Below, piece by piece: positions 58,333 to 64,000 of a stretch of DNA of 64,000 nt. Source of the DNA: Hypanus sabinus. Taxonomy: Eukaryota. Each line of letters starts with the position of its first letter. The first letter of the stretch is position 1. Where the stretch lies: contig NC_082739.1 in the NCBI RefSeq assembly GCF_030144855.1, positions 14,012,001 through 14,076,000 of the forward strand. Direction: 5' to 3'. The notes under the pieces are model-generated. The model ran no database searches. It worked only from the letters and a program-made list of their open reading frames with translations, and was not told the origin of the DNA. Made by a program: the position numbers and the translations under genes.

Positions 58333-59422
58333 AATAAACCTCGTGTCTGTCACCTTCCATAGAGGGAGCATTTCAGACTATTATCCTCCTGCTGTTCAGC
58401 ACTTCATGCCTGATGCTGAAGTCATTACACTAACAGTGTTATCCTTGAACCCAGAGACCAACATCGTTCTGTTACAGGTAGCTGAGGCCCAAAGCATGCC
58501 AGGAATTTGGCGACTCCGTCAGAGAATAATCCAGGCTCAAGAAATGTAGTGGTTACATCACTAGAATATGAATCCACAAAATTTGAATTTAACTCTCACC
58601 AAGGAAGTGTGAGAATAGAAAACTTACAAGAAAGATTCTGATAGAGGGAATGCTAAAGCTGCCGGATGTTTGGAAAATTCAACAGGTTTACGAATATTCT
58701 TTGGAGAAGGGAACACGCTGTTCTTTCTCACATTGGTTCTATATGTGACTCTAGCTCAATGTGATTTCTTTTTAACTGTCCTCTGAATAAGCTATTCAAT
58801 AGTATCAAAGGCAGCTTCCCAGGCACCAGCATTTCCAAACAAAGGTCTGCCATGTTTGCTGAACATCTAGGGCTGGACAATAAGCGCCAGCTTAGCCTGA
58901 TAGCGCAATCAAGCTCTAGATTGGGAGATTCTTCACCGCTGTGAGATCCCTACACAGAGCAGCTTCGCTTCACTTTATCTGCTGATCTGTTCCATTCTCT
59001 TTCTTCAGCTTACTTGCCTCCATCCTCTCCAAGGGGCAGTAACTTGCTGAGTTTTGAGACTGCTGGATACTCGTAGGCCTTTTGTACTGTAGAAACTCCT
59101 CAGCTGCTGCCTCAATCACAATCCCAAAATAATCCAGGTTCTGCTCCTGAGGCAATAATCAAGAGTTATTAATGGAAATTATAATGTCTCTCTGATTTTT
59201 TTTAAAATTTTACAGAGATTCGGGATCTCAGTTTAGTTCTCCCTTTAAAGATAATACAGAATGGGAAGAACTGTTTTTAACTACTGAACATCTGTTACTG
59301 ATCTGTAAATATTAAAGTAAACTTGAAAACTTTTTTAAATTGCTCTTAAAGGTGTATAGATTTATATTTAATTGATAAATTTCTTGTATGTGAAATGTAT
59401 TTTCACGTTTGCAATTGCATAA

Positions 59423-59428
59423 AATAAA
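59423..59428 (+). terminator. MPZL2 distal polyadenylation signal
   Basis: AATAAA preceded by T-rich sequence with TGTA motifs and followed by GT-rich GTGTTGGTATTTGGTTG. Confidence 0.7.
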
Positions 59429-60529
59429 ACAATGAACATGGAGTTGTAGTTAAAAGCAAGGTGTTGGTATTTGGTTGATAATACCATCTGTTGAACTATC
59501 AACCACTCATGACATTTGAATCAATTCTAGGCAACAAGTTGGAGAACAGTCAACAATCATTGGTGAAAGGATTCAATGTCTGAGAGAGGACTGTTGAACC
59601 ATTAAAATCAGGCCAAAATTTCTGAGTGAAAATGAGGAAATGGACTGGATCAGAATGTGCCTTACAAGGCACTGCTAGAAAGGATAGTGGGAGCAGATTT
59701 TCAAATGGAATGATGAAAAAAGAATGAAATATTGGAGAATCGGGTGAAAAATTATTTAGCTCGCTCTTCTCAGCAATAGCCCTAAAGCCTACTTCCTGTG
59801 CTGCAAGATTGAAGTGCAGAATGGGGTCAAATTTCCCTTTTCAATCTTCCTCATTACAAAACCACACCTCACCTCCAAAAAGCCACTTCCTGGAGTTAAT
59901 CAAATGGACCCATGAAATCTTTTCCACCATTGGTTCAGGCATGAAACTGAAGATACAATAAATAATGGCCGTCTACCAACTGGCCTTGCTTGATCTTCCC
60001 TTCAACTCTTGCCCACCACTCTACCCAGTGTAATTCATTCTCCATGTCTTGAAAGACTCATCTGAATGAAGGCATATTCCTAACAAAATTTACCACCTCC
60101 AATGGACTAACAAGAGTGGGTAAAGGGTGGTTAAAGACAAAACCTGAAACCCAACAGCACACTCACAGTCTATCAAGCAGGTTGAGTCTCAACTTCTTGC
60201 ATGTGTTGGAGCGTGGATATCTTACAGCAGGCACTTCACTCTAGTGGAGAATTGCCATAAACATGTCCCTACAGAGTCTACCAAGTTCATTGGCAGATTG
60301 GTGAATCAGTATCGGTGTCCTCTCCTGTGCCAATACGCACTTAAAAAGACTCTGATGACAGTCAACCAGCTCCAGCATGTTGGCATCATCGTCCACATGT
60401 TGACAGCAAATTCCCAAATCAAGCACTTTGAGCTCATTCTCACAGGTCTCTCTTCAATGACCACTTTATATAAGAAAGTGTAATTCCTGAGAGTAACCGT
60501 CTTTGTGCTGCGATGGTTCAAAAGGAGCA

Positions 60530-61030
60530 TTTGCAAAGGCCCTGAGACCCTCCTTATAGATGCTTCTCCTTATAGATGCTGCCTGGCCTGCTGTGTTCCA
60601 CCAGCATTTTGTGTGTGTTGTTTGAATTTACAGCATCTGCAGATTTCCTCGTGTTTGAGACCCAATAATATTAGGTGCATAGGCCTTGCATAAACAGCAG
60701 GAACAGGCACCGTTTCAAATAACCCTCCCCTATCTCCCATGGCCTAGTCTCCTATCATATTCCTTCTTCACCCCTTTACCTCTTCTACCATTCCCCTCCC
60801 AGTTTCTCACTTCATCTGCCCGATTTCCCCACCACGTACCTTTACCCTCCCCTGGTTTCAGCTATCACCTGCCATCTCATACTCCTTCCTCTCCCCAACC
60901 CACCACCTTATTCTGGCTTCTGCCTACTTCCTTTCCAGTCCCAATGAAGGGTCTCGGCCTGAAGCATCAACTGTTTCCTCTCCATAGATGCTGCTTGACC
61001 TTCTGAGTTCCTCCATTTTGTGTGTGTTAT
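60530..61030 (+). mobile_element. Penelope-like pLTR fragments
   Basis: Two copies of the ATAGATGCTGC..CTGAGTTCCTCCA terminus; degenerate hammerhead at ~60937-60973. Confidence 0.6.
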
Positions 61031-61417
61031 TCCAAATAACACACTTATTTGCTAATGATGGGCCAACAGCCCTATCTTTGATCTTGGAACTGGAGTAGAA
61101 GCAGGCCATCATCATTGCGAAGGTACTGCCAGAAAAGTATAGTGAGGCCTCTGCTGATCAGAGTTGACCATAGATGTTGCATCCTAGCTCTCCAAATATG
61201 CAAACTTGAGCAAGCTCCTTCTCTCCATGCATCTGCTGAAGCCTAAGGAATGGCAGAGACTGATGCAGTATACAACTCTGAGATTCATCTTATCCAGACA
61301 GCCACGAAACAAAGAAAATCATGGAACTGTTCAAAGAAAAGCATCAACCCTTCCACACACAAAAAATAAAACAAGTAGTGTAAATGGCAACAAGAGCATC
61401 AATGTCACCACATGGGG

Positions 61418-64000
61418 AAAAAGCAAATCTCACAAACGGCAACAAGACCTTCAAACCCCCCCCCCGCGCAAAAAGCAAATCTCAAACGGCAACAAGACCT
61501 TCAAACCCCACCCCACATAAATATCAAATCTTGCAAACCACAACAAGAGCTTCAAACCCCCCGCGCAAAAACCAAATCGCGCCAACAGCAAAAAGAGCTT
61601 CAAACCCCCCACGCAAAAACCAAATCGCTCCAACAGCAAAAAGAGCTTCAAACCCCCCCCCCGCGCAAAAAGAGCTTCAAACCCCCCCGTGCAAAAACCA
61701 AATCGCGCCAACAGCAAAAAGAGCTTCAAACCCCCCCGTGCAAAAACCAAATCGCGCCGACAGCAAAAAGAGCTTCAAACCCCCCCCCGCGCAAAAAGAG
61801 CTTCAAACCCCCCCCCGCGCAAAAAGAGCTTCAAACCCCCCCCGCGCAAAAAGAGCTTCAAACCCCCCCCCGTGCAAAAACCAAATCGCGCCGACAGCAA
61901 AAAGAGCTTCAAACCCCCCCCGTGCAAAAACCAAATCGCGCCAACAGCAAAAAGAGCTTCAAACCCCCCCCGTGCAAAAACCAAATCGCGCCGACAGCAA
62001 AAAGAGCTTCAAACCCCCCCCGTGCAAAAACCAAATCGCACCAACAGCAAAAAGAGCTTCAAACCCCCCCCGTGCAAAAACCAAATCGCGCCAACAGCAA
62101 AAAGAGCTTCAAACCCCCCGCGCAAAAACCAAATCGCGCCAACAGCAAAAGAGCTTCAAACCCCCCCCGCGCAAAAACCAAATCGCGCCGACAGTAAAAA
62201 GAGCTTCAAACCCCCCCGTGCAAAAACCAAATCGCACCAACAGCAAAAAGAGCTTCAACCTCCCGCGCAAAAACCAAATCGCGCCAACAGCAAAAGAGCT
62301 TCAAACCCCCCCGCGCAAAAACCAAATCGCGCCGACAGTAAAAAGAGCTTCAAACCCCCCCGTGCAAAAACCAAATCGCACCAACAGCAAAAAGAGCTTC
62401 AACCTCCCGCGCAAAAACCAAATCGCGCCAACAGCAAAAGAGCTTCAAACCCCCCCCGCGCAAAAACCAAATCGCGCCGACAGTAAAAAGAGCTTCAAAC
62501 CCCCCCGTGCAAAAACCAAATCGCACCAACAGCAAAAAGAGCTTCAACCTCCCGCGCAAAAACCAAATCGCGCCAACAGCAAAAGAGCTTCAAACCCCCC
62601 CGCGCAAAAACCAAATCGCGCCGACAGTAAAAAGAGCTTCAAACCCCCCCGTGCAAAAACCAAATCGCACCAACAGCAAAAAGAGCTTCAACCTCCCGCG
62701 CAAAAACCAAATCGCGCCAACAGCAAAAGAGCTTCAAACCCCCCCGCGCAAAAACCAAATCGCGCCGACAGTAAAAAGAGCTTCAAACCCACCCGTGCAA
62801 AAAGCAAATCGCGCCAACAGCAAAAAGAGCTTCAACCCCCCCCCCTGCAAAAAGCAAATCTCACAAACGACGACAAGACCTTCAAACCCCCCCCCGCGCA
62901 AAAAGTAAATCTCACAAACGACGACAAGACCTTCAAACCCCCCCCGCGCAAAAAGTAAATCTCACAAACGACGACAAGACCTTCAAACCCCCCCCCCGCG
63001 CAAAAAGTAAATCTCACAAACGACGACAAGACCTTCAAACCCCCCCGCGCAAAAAGCAAATCTCACAAACGACGACAAGACCTTCAAACCCCCCCCGTGC
63101 AAAAAGTAAATCTCACAAACGACGACAAGACCTTCAAACACCCCCCCGCGCAAAAAGCAAATCTCAAATGGCAACAAGACCTTCAAACCCCCCCCGCGCA
63201 AAAAGCAAATCTCACAAACGACGACAAGACCTTCAAACCCCCCCCCGCGCAAAAAGTAAATCTCACAAACGACAACAAGACCTTCAAACCCCCCCGCGCA
63301 AAAAGCAAATCTCACAAACGACGACAAGACCTTCAAACCCCCCCCGCGCAAAAAGTAAATCTCACAAAGGACGACAAGACCTTCCAACACCCCCCCGCGC
63401 AAAAATCAAATCTCAAACGGCAACAAGACCTTCAAACCCCCCCCCGCACAAAAAGCAAATCTCACAAACGACGACAAGACCTTCAAATCCCCCCCCGCGC
63501 AAAAAGCAAATCTCACAAACGACGACAAGACCTTCAAACCCCCCCCGCGCAAAAAGGAAATCTCACAAACAACGACAAGACCTTCAAACCCCCCCCGCGC
63601 AAAAGCAAATCTCACAAACGACGACAAGACCTTCAAACCCCCCCGCGCAAAAAGCAAATCTCACAAACGACAAGACCTTCAAACCCCCCCCCGCGCAAAA
63701 AGCAAACGTCATAAACAGCAAAAAGACCTTTAAACCCCCCCCGCGCAAAAAGCAAACGTCACAAACAGCAAAAAGACCTTCAAACCCCCCCCGCGCAAAA
63801 AGTAAATCTCACAAACGACAACAAGACCTTCAAACCCCCCCGCGCAAAAAGCAAATCTCACAAACGACGACAAGACCTTCAAACCCCCCCCGCGCAAAAA
63901 GTAAATCTCACAAAGGACGACAAGACCTTCAAACACCCCCCCGCGCAAAAATCAAATCTCAAACGGCAACAAGACCTTCAAACCCCCCCCGCACAAAAAG
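61418..64000. repeat. Tandem ~50-bp satellite/minisatellite with two unit types, continuing beyond the window
   Basis: Type A GCAAAAACCAAATCGCGCCAACAGCAAAAAGAGCTTCAAAC(7-9)GY (~61545-62850). Type B GCAAAAAGYAAATCTCACAAACGACGACAAGACCTTCAAAC(7-9)GC (at the start and ~62850-64000). Confidence 0.97.

Noticed and set aside
61384-62958. 524-aa ORF and the overlapping long ORFs
   Set aside because: They are translations of the satellite; stops are absent because the strand has almost no T, and several frames are open simultaneously.
61418-64000. CRISPR-like periodic array
   Set aside because: Eukaryotic DNA; the units are tandem repeats with no unique spacers, and there are no cas genes.

Overview
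Vertebrate genomic DNA, most likely a cartilaginous fish (probably a ray, judged from the repeat content: CR1, Rex-Babar, Penelope-like elements, V-SINE and Deu-SINE). The window holds two complete spliced genes arranged head-to-head, as in the mammalian CD3E-MPZL2 locus. CD3E is on the minus strand (6 coding exons, 28210->18259, 179 aa) and MPZL2 is on the plus strand (5 coding exons, 35998->58332, 220 aa). All introns are GT-AG and the phases are consistent. The rest is dominated by transposon debris: CR1, Rex-Babar, an L1/Tx1 LINE, Penelope-like elements, a Tc1 remnant, hAT MITEs, SINEs and a probable solo LTR. A ~50-bp satellite begins near 61.4 kb and runs off the window end. Main observations: (1) minimal hammerhead-ribozyme motifs in the Penelope-derived repeats, one with a fully intact core; (2) a dense ETS/RUNX/TCF/GATA cluster 4-5 kb 3' of CD3E, like the mammalian CD3E 3' enhancer; (3) a CD3E tail lacking the PxxDY and RK motifs; (4) a possible frameshifted leader exon with T-cell-type motifs downstream of CD3E; (5) a candidate structured RNA in two RTE-type 5' ends; (6) a P0-like glycine zipper in MPZL2; (7) a young satellite with a 144-bp higher-order repeat. 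Everything was read by eye and no database searches were run; repeat boundaries are approximate.
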